64,000 nucleotides of DNA from Bigelowiella natans CCMP2755 (Eukaryota > Protista > Cercozoa). This document shows positions 53,437-64,000 of the stretch, piece after piece (the first letter of the stretch is position 1; every line of letters starts with the position of its first letter). The stretch covers positions 51,346 to 115,345 of the forward strand of contig ADNK01002688.1 in NCBI GenBank assembly GCA_000320545.1. The letters run 5' to 3'. The notes below the pieces were generated by a model. It saw only the letters and a list, made by a program, of their open reading frames with translations, ran no database searches and had not been told where the DNA came from. The position numbers were made by a program, and so were the translations under genes.

Positions 53437-53976
53437 GTGTTTTATCAACTTCTTTATATATGGTCATCATCTGACACAGCGACAAAAATAATATAGGGGA
53501 TAAATGCCTAAAGACTGCACGATTGACTCGTGGGTGGTTTAGTGAGATCATCAATGCAGATCATAGCAACACAGTATGGGTGTATTTCGGCTCTAGGGAT
53601 GGTACTACTACGTACACCATCATTAGTAGAAGAATGAACACATCAACCTCTATGGCACTTTGAAACTACTAAAGAAGTATGTTGCTTGTTGTCTACTATG
53701 TTTTCCCATACACGGTGCATGTTAAGTATTTGGTGGTGGTGGCGGAGTCTTTTTTAATAGTACTATCAGCAGCACTAAGTAAGTAATAATATTTTGTAAT
53801 TGATTCTTGATGAACACGGAGGTAATACAGTTAGTTAACATCATACTTTACATCATTTCTTCACCTAACAGAAATTAGTAGCATTGTTTTTAAATATGTC
53901 CTTCTTCATCATCTTCATCATCATCTTCTTCTTCTTTTTCTTCTTCCTATTCGTTCTATCTACCCACCATTACTAC

Positions 53977-54008
<32 letters not shown>

Positions 54009-54131
54009 CTCTCGCACAGGAACTTTGACTCAATACCCTGCAAACTATTGGGGGAACTCTTATGATCCTACTCGCAGACCTTGGTATTTTAGAGCCCTGG
54101 CAGTTGGTGGTACAAATAATACATGTATATT

Positions 54132-54181
<50 letters not shown>

Positions 54182-54804
54182 TTATGATTGGAGTTACTGT
54201 CATTGCTAGTAGCTGGTTAACGGTGGGTGTGTGCAGACGCAGATGGATTGTCTTTTTTCGGATAATGATTATACAACTCCTACAAACAAACAAACAAACA
54301 ACTACTACTACCATCTTCGTAGGAAAAATAGCATTTAGCACCCCATATCAAGATGCAGGAGGAGCTGGTAGTAAAAGAAGAAGAGTGATAATGGGGATTA
54401 GATGGATGGATATGTTGATCCAGCCAACATGAACATGACGACGAAAAGAATGATGATGATGATGATGATCAATCACACTAGCAGTGATGGTGATAGCGAT
54501 AAGAAATTTTGATTGAAAGCAATAATCGTCTCCACAATTAATATGTTCAAACTTCAGCACAATACTACATACAATACTACATACATTTAGTATTTGTGAA
54601 TAGAATTTGGTTGTTTCTTCTTCTCATAATGCTTGTTGTGTTTAATGATAAATAGGTCTTTTAATTACAGTGTCAATAGGTAAAAGAACAAAAAACAACT
54701 CGATTTGTTCCAAACATCATACGATACATGATGATGATGTGATAAGATAATATCAATGATTGTTTTTTCCCATTTATGCTTTTCGCTTCCTCTTCTTCCA
54801 TCTC

Positions 54805-54842
<38 letters not shown>

Positions 54843-55809
54843 CTTGCAGCTATAAATCACAACTCAAGCCCAAAGAATACCTCTACTACCGAAATAGTTG
54901 ATGAAAGAGTAGCAGGAGTTATTGGTAACAATAGTCAGCAATTGTAGAAGTGCTAGTCGTGAGTGATGATGAAAAGTAGGAGAAGAAAAAGCCATACATG
55001 ATGATGATGATGATGATGATGGTGATGAGAACATAATATCGATAAAGAATCAAACCCTTTCTTTTGATTGGCTGCCCGTTGTGTACATTCGTTCGCACTG
55101 ATTACCATAAGTATGAGTAGTAGCATTAGTATTATTAGTAGTAGTATTAGTTGTTGTTGTTGTAGTCTTGTTTAACATCAATGGAACACTCTCATTGGTT
55201 TTATTTCATTTGTCACTCATTATTAAACCACCACCACCACAAGCAGCAGCAGAGTGTACGTTGTAGTACATGTGCTACTACTTATCCAATGATATCTAAT
55301 ATCACTTCTTTAGGTTATGACTATGTATATCCGGTTTTTCATAATTTTACCTTTAATTATGCCAACTGCTCAAACGCCAATGTCCAGGTATTATTGTTAT
55401 CATTCTTCTTCTTATTATTATTATTATTATTATTATTTTTAATTATCATAATCTCTGAGTGATTGTTATTTATTATCAGAGTGTGCTACTAATTACAAGT
55501 CATGTAATTTTCCTTGCTAGTCAGTTTGTATGTTATTACGGATATCAGTAGTACACTGATGAAAAATGTTCTTTATTTAATTGTTAAGGTGCTACCACGA
55601 TGATGATAATGATGATGAGATTATTCTCTGTTTTTTTTTATTTCCCCCCCCCCCCCCCTAAACTCTAAGGACCATTTGAATACAAGTTCACAGCCTATGT
55701 GTTTTCTCGTTGATACTGCCGGTACTAACAAAATCACAACATAACATAATTGTAAATTGTATATATCCTGTCGTCGTTGGTTGTTTGTTTGTTCCACAAC
55801 TTACTTACC

Positions 55810-55850
<41 letters not shown>

Positions 55851-55969
55851 GGAATGCTACTCACGCATAGTGATTTCCTCATAACTGCTTCTGAGGCTAC
55901 AGATTTGGGATATGTCACAGGTAGTAGTAGTTAGTAGTAGTAGTAGTAGTAGTAGTAGTAGGTAGTATT

Positions 55970-56004
<35 letters not shown>

Positions 56005-56102
56005 AGGCACCATTGGAACATGGCCAATTGAGAACATATTCTTGGGCAAGAAGGAACCTCCACTAGCATCTGCATTGATTGATGTCCGTAGTTGTACGTT
56101 TA

Positions 56103-56141
<39 letters not shown>

Positions 56142-56917
56142 GAGGGGGGGGGGGGGGGGGGGAACAGAGAGAGATCACAGTAGTGGTTTGAGGGTGTGTT
56201 ATGATGCTGCTATATGAGCGGAAAAAATTTAAGAATAGTTAGTGCTATAATTCAAATGCTGCAAAGTAGCAGTAGTAGTAGTAGTAATAGTAGCACTAAG
56301 GACTAAAAGTCTAGCTATGACGTTGTGCAAGCATTACAAATATCATCACTTCTCTTCCATCCATGTGTCAATCTATTTTATGTTGCGAATTATATCATCA
56401 TCTTACTTTGTATTTTGTTGTGTTGTGTGGTTGGTTGGTGATAGTATTATGTGGAACGGTGTAAGATTGATTATAGTTATATCACTTGTAACTTCATATA
56501 TCATCAGATTGGGTTTCTTGTACCCAAATCCAGCTCAAATAGGTGCTATCTATTATTATGAGACTACTATCGTGTTTACAACGATGTGCTTATTGAATTG
56601 TTTGGTGCCCTCCATTATTTATTATCTTAACCAGAGATAAAACAGCTACTTTGTCGTTTTATGAAACAAACGACACTGTTCTTGATGCTAATGGAGTGTT
56701 ACGTGGAGGTCAGTAGATTCGTCGTTTGTAGCTATTACCACAACAAATATGTTGATATTACATTCCAATTGTATATTGTACATTTTGTTTCAATTCTGGG
56801 AGGAATTGATTGCGTGTATGTTTGTTTGTGCGACGTAGTCGCATTTGCCTCAGCAGCATCTGTTTTCATATATTGCGAATATAAATCTTAGATTGTAGGA
56901 GTTGTACCTGCATATGA

Positions 56918-56970
<53 letters not shown>

Positions 56971-57643
56971 ATACTTGAAAATGGTTATATCGTTCACTGT
57001 TTCATGTTGAATATAGGAGATATTATCTCAACAACATCTTGTGCATGGCAAGGAAATTGGAGCATAATTCAAGTATAACAACAGACAACAATAACAACAA
57101 CAACAACAACAACAACAACAACCTATTGGTGCATTATTTCGCTGGTCATTGTATTATTTTGATGCTAATTTTGGAACTACGACTACTACTACTACTACTA
57201 CTACTACTGATGATGATAATCATCATTATAGCGAATGAATAAAATCCAGCTTACAATAGCAACGACATTATCCTCTTATAGTATTATCCAGCTCACAATA
57301 ACAACAACATTACATTCTTGATAGCAGCAGCCTAATAGTTTGATTACTCTGTAATTCTTGTTAGGTTCCCAGAACGAATGCTTATGTATTGGTTGTGGAT
57401 GGATATAAAAGAGGTTGGTTGGTGCTTGTTGTGAATACTTATAGCAGCAGCGCCAGTAGTAGGCAGCAGCAGTAGTAGTAGTAGTAGTAGTAGTAGTAAT
57501 AGTAGTAGTAGAGCTTTGGTGGAACCGCAGCACACTATTATCATCATCATCATAGAGTTTATTCTTTTCACATTACTCGTATTCTTGTACTGCTGAATTG
57601 TTCTTTTCATATTCCTTGTATTCTTGTACTACTCTACACAAAC

Positions 57644-57680
<37 letters not shown>

Positions 57681-57849
57681 ATGAATCCCGCACTACTACT
57701 ACTACTACTACTACTACTACCCTCAAACAATAATCACATTCAGGAAATCTTAGTTTATGCCCGTTGGTCAAACCTACCGATTTGGTAGTGATCCCCGCAG
57801 TAGTGATAATAATGATGATCAGGCAAAGATATGATACTTCTGAGACAGC

Positions 57850-57889
<40 letters not shown>

Positions 57890-58217
57890 GCTATTGATGG
57901 TTTGCTCTACTACTCGATTGTTTTGAACACAACATCAACAACAACAGCAACTACTGCTACTACTACTATTCCTAATACTATTACTATTGTCATTAAGGTG
58001 TCTATCCCCATATCGTACTGTCCAACTACGCATGATAAAGGCGCGTCTTCATGTGTATCACGAGAAATAGCAGACGTCTACTATCTGGAAAGTATGTATA
58101 TAATTTAAATTAATAGTTTTTACTAATAAAAAGCAATAAGAATGATGATGAAATCATGGAGGCGTGTGCATTAAAAAGTAGTAGGTACAATGATATTGGT
58201 GTTTGATGGTGCTGTTA

Positions 58218-58252
<35 letters not shown>

Positions 58253-58544
58253 ATAGTAGTGAGAACAGGAGCGTGTGTGTATAGCACCAGTATCAGTTTT
58301 GCCATAGCCGTAAAATGTTACGGTATGGATAATGACGGTGCTTATTTGTTGTTTAAATTGTAGTAAGTCACATTATTTACTCTATTTTTAGTTTTTATCC
58401 ATAAGCATCATCATTATTATTTTGTTCATTCGTCAATGTGTTGTATGTGTTGTTTAGAATTCAAAACAGCTGAAGGAAGTTGTAAGGTTTTCAACTGGGT
58501 ACTACTGCTATACTAATTACTATCGTATATTACCTTCTGAGTAT

Positions 58545-58577
<33 letters not shown>

Positions 58578-59072
58578 CACTAATTACCTTTGCATACCAT
58601 CTTTCTGATATGTGCATATATGAAAAAGGTATCTTAAGTGTGTGGGATGCTACCACTTATTTCCTAGATATATTGAAAGACTTCTTGTTTTTGTAATTAT
58701 TTGCTTCGTACAGATCCATGCATCTTCAAATATTGGCAGCTTTGTGATAACGTTGTCAGCGATAGGTGGATAAATGATTTGCTCTATCTGCCTAATTTAT
58801 TCACTTAATCGGCATTACCATTGTCCAAGTATTTAGACTGCCGCTGTGATTTCAATTTCTAATAATAAATTCATCATGATATCAAGGGTGTTTGTACTCT
58901 TTTTTCAGTCATCTTCTTCTGTCATGGAATACATATAATTTTTTATTTTTCTCTATTTTTCCTTTTTTACTTCCTTCCAAAGGCATTGCGATTACATTAC
59001 TCCTCATAGCCTTCCTCGGTACTACTGACTGACTGACTGACTACTACTACTACTACTGTGTCACTACCAATA

Positions 59073-59159
<87 letters not shown>

Positions 59160-59437
59160 TCAAACCTCATGCACACATATCAATACTACCTAAACTATTA
59201 GCTCGAATTTGCTATCCGATTTGATAATTTCGTTGTTATGTAATTAATAGATTTTCTCTTTCATGGTTCTTTATTGTGGGACAACAATATGAATTTATTA
59301 TTTATTGATCTATAACCATTATGTATGTGATTGCCAGCCTACAATCGCACGAAGTATGTCATAAGAGCTACTGCGCCAACATTTGGGTTAGTCGCTACTT
59401 AAATGATGTCTAATGCTTGCTGGATCCAACTACTGCA

Positions 59438-59468
<31 letters not shown>

Positions 59469-61867
59469 TCGATCTACAAGATTCGCTTCAATGGATGACG
59501 ATTTGTTTCAAATATTATGCCCTGATATATGTATATATGTATGTTTGTATTTAGCTACGTGATGTGTGCCGGGGCTCTTCTTACGTTTATCTTCCTCATT
59601 CTCCTAATTGGAAAGCCAAACAGAAGGTAATAATGATAATGATGATGATGATGATGATGATGATGATGTAATGATGAGAGATAGAACGAACAAGCATTTA
59701 TCATAAATCGAAGGCAACATTCAACAAAATATATAAACTATTTTTAAACCCCCTTTGGATTTGTAATTATTACATGTTTAAAGGCTGACTACACGGCAAT
59801 AATGATTATATCCATTGCATTCAACATCTCATCCTCATTAATGTGTTGGTTTATCATCAGCATTTGCATTGGTCGTGTTTGGTTGGGGACATTGGGTAAT
59901 ATGAGTAAATAGCAACTAATTATTGTTCATTGCTCCGTCTTATGTAATTTTGTATTCGCACAACGGTTGGAACATTGTTCAATATTTTTATTTGCGGTAT
60001 CAGCATTGTTTTATGGTTTTCTGGCAATGATAGTAGTAGTAGATGTGTACAGGTGTAGTAAATATAATAAAATATGTTTTTTGTTTCATCTAGGTTTCAT
60101 ATTGATGTTTATGGGATTGATCATTCGGTCCCTTAGAATCTATCTTATCTGTGCCTCGAAAGGTAGTCTTTTTACAATAAACAAGATTTAAAAAGAAGGA
60201 GGAATGATACTGAAAATAATTACAAGTATTATACCATAAGAAATTCTTAAGCAATGTACTTGTATTTTCGGGCCAATTAATTTAATGACAAATAAGTAAC
60301 TACAAGATTTTCATTCTATTTAGGGAGACGCCGAATGAAGAAGCAAATAATAACGGATTGGTAAGTAATTGCAAGTTTGTAATACAATTTCACATGCACG
60401 GATAATTTAGCGTGGGGTTTGAGTTGAATGTTAGCTTTATTGTTATCACTTTCCTTTCTTGACATGATAAAGCGTTTTAATCAGCGTTTTGATCTACTCA
60501 ATTCTAGGTACCTGATGCGGTACATCGGCGCTTTTTGTTTCGTCCAGACGGTTTTGGTTACACTTTGGGTACTATGTGTTTACATTCCTTTTACATTTTT
60601 TAAACGAATGCAAATATGTGGATCAATTACTTGCTAATGCTGATCGAGTATATGTTAATCTGATTCATTGCACATTAGTCAACTATTGGAAACCTCCGCG
60701 ATAGGAATCAAAAGGGAGATGATGTATTATAGACACAGCACGCACACATGGACAACATGATCTCATGAAAAAATAATAACGAAGTGGGGGGTTTTGCAAT
60801 TATATTGTTGGAAGCTAAAACCGCAACGTAATAACTGCTATGCCACGCCAAGCAAAAATAAAGTACATTGTTGCCATCCATCTATCGTTTCCTAAAAAGG
60901 AGTAAGTGTTCTTCTTTTTCTACCACTCTTCCAATCAGGACCTTGAGTACCAAGTCATTTGTGAAAGTGACTTTGACATTGTTTGGAACTGTTTACTCTA
61001 TGCTCTAGATGCCTCAATTCTTTGCTGGGTACTATTGGCAGTGATCTGAATATAGTATTAGGAGGAGGAGGAGGAGGAGGAGGAGGAGGAGGAATGTGTA
61101 GAGTAAGAGAGAGGCGGGGGAGGCATTTTGTCATTCTTGAATTTCCACCAAAAAATTCAGTATTTTATTTATTTACAACATCAAATGTAGGGCATATATT
61201 TAGCTATCAAAACAAGGGATGTGTCTCTAAAGGAGTTCAACGAATCAAAGCATATTGGATTGGTATTAACAAATACGTGACGCTACATCTCAATTGTCGT
61301 TTCTGATACGCATCGCTCTGTGGCCTACGTTACTATTGTTGCTGTTTTTTATGAAAGGCAATTTACAATGTCACTATCATTGCTCTAATTACTATTCCAT
61401 TAATGGATGCAATAAAAGTCCAAGAGGTAATAGCTAGATAGTCGCAACAGATGAGAATGTGGTACTTTCCTTTCCCTCCTGATAATTAGTTTGATCAAAT
61501 TGTTTTCATTCCATATTCCACAGTCGACCCGCGTTTTGGTAATATCCATGGCGACTTTTGTGTCTGTCATCGCTACGTTGGGTAAGTGATAGAAATGGCA
61601 CGCGACATTAAGATGTAAAGTGTCACTCAACAAGAGTGTTATATATCATCCAATGCTAACCGCTTGAAATTTTGGATGCTAGGCATTGTGTACATCCCGA
61701 AGATGAGAAATCTACATTTAGAGGCTGCAGATTTCAAATTTACAAATAAGGCCAAAAAATCCATTCAAGAATTCAAAATGAAGCGATTGGGAGAACGTAT
61801 GTCTTCTGCAGCTGATAAACGTATTTCCTCTGACATGTCAGGTAGAATCAGTCGTTTTGATAGATGA
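44809..61867 (+). CDS. Class C (GABA-B/7tm_3-like) GPCR with alpha2delta/CACHD1-like ectodomain (signal peptide, VWA inserted in dCache-1, second dCache); dozens of exons
   Basis: Signal peptide (MAMGKALLLLVMCSCVPTRG), then YDPRGSPW|Y..GPKNSIILIDIS (Cache into VWA) and GVLGVD. The second Cache reads YFGSRDG|TLTQYPANYWGNSYDPTRRPWY, STPYQDAGGAG, VAGVIG|YD and VPRTNAYVLVVD. In-phase exons continue into the 7TM: VIRATAPTF, CIGRVWLGTLGFILMF..IIRSLRIY, LAIKTRDVSLKEFNESKHIGLAIYN and IVYIPK. Confidence 0.88.
51029..51404. repeat. Intronic 34-bp minisatellite, ~11 copies
   Basis: Unit agtcagtcagtgagtaatgattacttaatatacc starts at 51029, 51063, 51097 and onward to 51371, with small variants. Confidence 0.95.
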
Positions 61868-62049
61868 ATCGTTTCTTCCAATCGTCATCCATTCGTTACA
61901 AAATCCGGACATTGTTTTGTGATGCATTGAATAGACATGAAAAAGAATAATTCATCGGCGTCAGTGGTGGAAACGCGGAACACGGTATTCCTAAAACTGT
62001 GTGATTTGATTTAAACAAATGGTTTTGACAATGCAATTTTTTTGGAATT

Positions 62050-63708
62050 TGAGTGTATGAGTGACATTGTTCTGGCATTTTCAATCGGTTTCAGAATCTC
62101 AATGGAAGCATGACACAGGGACAATGTAAGAGTCTTCGATGAAAAGTCAACATCATTCGATTTTGTTGATGAATTTGTTGTTTTGTCTCATCTGTGCAGC
62201 AGTGGCAACAAAGTGTCTGGATTCCGATGCAACGAACGTCAATCCTTTGACGAGGTGATCATTGTGGTTTCCAAAATGTTTCGTGACCAGATCTAGCATT
62301 GCATGTCGAATTTCATCACATGTTTTTGGTGTGTTTGAAGTGACCATTCTGCAATTGGTTCGATGAAATCTCCTGGTGGCGTTCTGAACAGGTGATGCAA
62401 TCATCATCAGAAATGTTCACATTGAAGCATTTCAGTTTGTCGTTTTGTCCATCAGCAATTTGGCTTTGTAAGAGTTCTTCTGTCACGTCCTCCAAGTCAT
62501 CAGTGTCGTCATCAACGGAAAGCGCATTGTGCGTTGAAGTGACGTTGATCCTCAGCGACGTGTTCCATTTTTGTTCCCAATTGGCACTTGCTGTGTCAGC
62601 TTGCAACATGGGCTTTGTTGAATCCCGCGTTCTGAGCCAAAATCGCAATGTCGTTGATGTCAACTAGTCAACCTACTGCGCACACAACCCACTGAGCGTT
62701 CACATGCGAACAAAGCTCGATGTCATCAGAGAAACACAAGTCCGTCAAACCTGTGATGAATCGCCAGAATGTGCATTTGGAAGCTTTTGCGCGCGACCAA
62801 GCGCGTCATGTGATGCAATGGACATTGGATTTGCTCGCATTTCTTTGAAATTTTTCGTGCATGTCACACTTGGTCAAACGCACACGCAAAAGCATTCAAA
62901 GTGTGGCAGAGAACAAACGCGCAGCGTGCATCCGCCACACAACGGGTGTGAATTTTCACACTTTGAGGCCTTGAAATTGGAGATTTGGGTCAACATTCCG
63001 GTCATTTTTTCAGGTTTGGCCATCGGACAAGTTCTGATGACTTTTCTTTGACCAACTGCAACTGCCTGCTGCTTCAAAGCGCGTCGCAAATGAGCGCTGC
63101 ACTGTTCACAACCCCGTCATTGCCGGGTTTGACGGACTTGTGAAAAGAAAACAGAACGAATGAGACGGAGGCCACTTTCTGGCTTGTCAAGTGAAGTGCG
63201 ACGTGTGCCACAGTGACACGGTGAAATTGTTGACGCACTCCCGCCCTGGCGCCGATGAACAGATGCAATTGATTGTCTTGCGCACCTGCACGCGTTTGCA
63301 ACGCTCGATCAAACTGCCATTGATCGAGTGGGAAGGGAAACAGCATGCGCCATGCAGAAGGAACAACACAGAGACTTGTGAGTCCACATGCGTGTGCGCG
63401 CATGAAAACTTCATGTGCACGTTGCAAGCAGACAGCACACACGTGTGAGGACTTGCAAGTCCATGCAACAAGTGACGTTCAAAGAACGTGTGACAAACAC
63501 CAAGCTGATGGCCAATCCTTTTTGCACGCGCGCACATCCGCGTGCTGCACAATGAAACACAGTTGCGCAACCCAAAACCTCAAATCATCCCTCTTTGCCT
63601 CCTCCTCCTTCTCCTCCTCTTTGATTCGTGAGTTGCTTCTTGACTTTGTTGTCGTGAATTGTTGTTCCAAAAATCTTTCAAAGTGAGGTGGACGTGCAGA
63701 CAAACCAG
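62050..63708 (-). pseudogene. Subtelomeric TpA-free relic of a probable protein-coding gene
   Basis: No TA found by eye in 62676-63714. Minus-strand ORF pieces read like protein (SVDDDTDDLEDVTEELLQSQIADGQNDKLKCFNVNISDDDCITCSE; IKEEEKEEEAKRDDLRFW) but contain no Tyr and are frame-broken. Confidence 0.5.
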
Positions 63709-64000
63709 TTCGGGTTAGGGTTAGGGTTAGGGTTAGGGTTAGGGTTAGGGTTAGGGTTAGGGTTAGGGTTAGGGTTAGGGTTAGGGTTAGGGTTAGGGTT
63801 AGGGTAAGGGTTAGGGTTAGGGTTAGGGTTAGGGTTAGGGTTAGGGTTAGGGTTAGGGTTAGGGTTAGGGTTAGGGTTAGGGTTAGGGTTAGGGTTAGGG
63901 TTAGGGTTAGGGTTAGGGTTAGGGTTAGGGTTAGGGTTAGGGTTAGGGTTAGGGTTAGGGTTAGGGTTAGGGTTAGGGTTAGGGTTAGGGTTAGGGTTAC
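63709..64000 (+). repeat. Telomere (TTAGGG)n, ~48 units, G-rich strand running toward the end
   Basis: Near-perfect TTAGGG array to the window end. The first unit is a TTCGGG variant, there is one TAAGGG variant at 63805, and the window ends TTAC. Confidence 0.99.

Noticed and set aside
10197-59150. Numerous ORFs with poly-YI, poly-L, poly-H, poly-T or CVCV tracts
   Set aside because: These are translations of intronic microsatellites.
1-64000. tRNA/rRNA genes, intact transposase or reverse transcriptase, alternative genetic code
   Set aside because: None was recognisable by eye, and all reconstructed exons translate in the standard code with GT-AG introns.

Overview
Right-hand chromosome end of an intron-rich eukaryote, ending in a (TTAGGG)n telomere. 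Two genes have signal-peptide plus transit-peptide-like leaders, which suggests an alga with a secondary plastid, for example a chlorarachniophyte (inference only). Manual splicing gives nine complete or near-complete genes plus one possible partial gene at the left edge. The nine are: SirB/CbiX chelatase, acidic low-complexity protein, chromodomain protein, bacterial-type DUF5117/DUF4953 metzincin, photolyase/cryptochrome, FAM194-Sel1-thioredoxin-like-receiver protein, HDAC with a targeting leader, atypical carbonyl reductase, and a 17 kb gene fusing an alpha2delta/CACHD1-type VWA plus double-Cache ectodomain to a class C GPCR 7TM. The most unusual signals are: (1) sharply bounded intergenic and subtelomeric islands where TpA is depleted or absent except inside CTAG, suggesting an A-to-G RIP-like hypermutation process; (2) the Cache/VWA class C GPCR with an intact amino-acid-binding motif; (3) a receiver domain hidden across four or five small exons. 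All exon structures and counts were made by eye, so boundaries are approximate.
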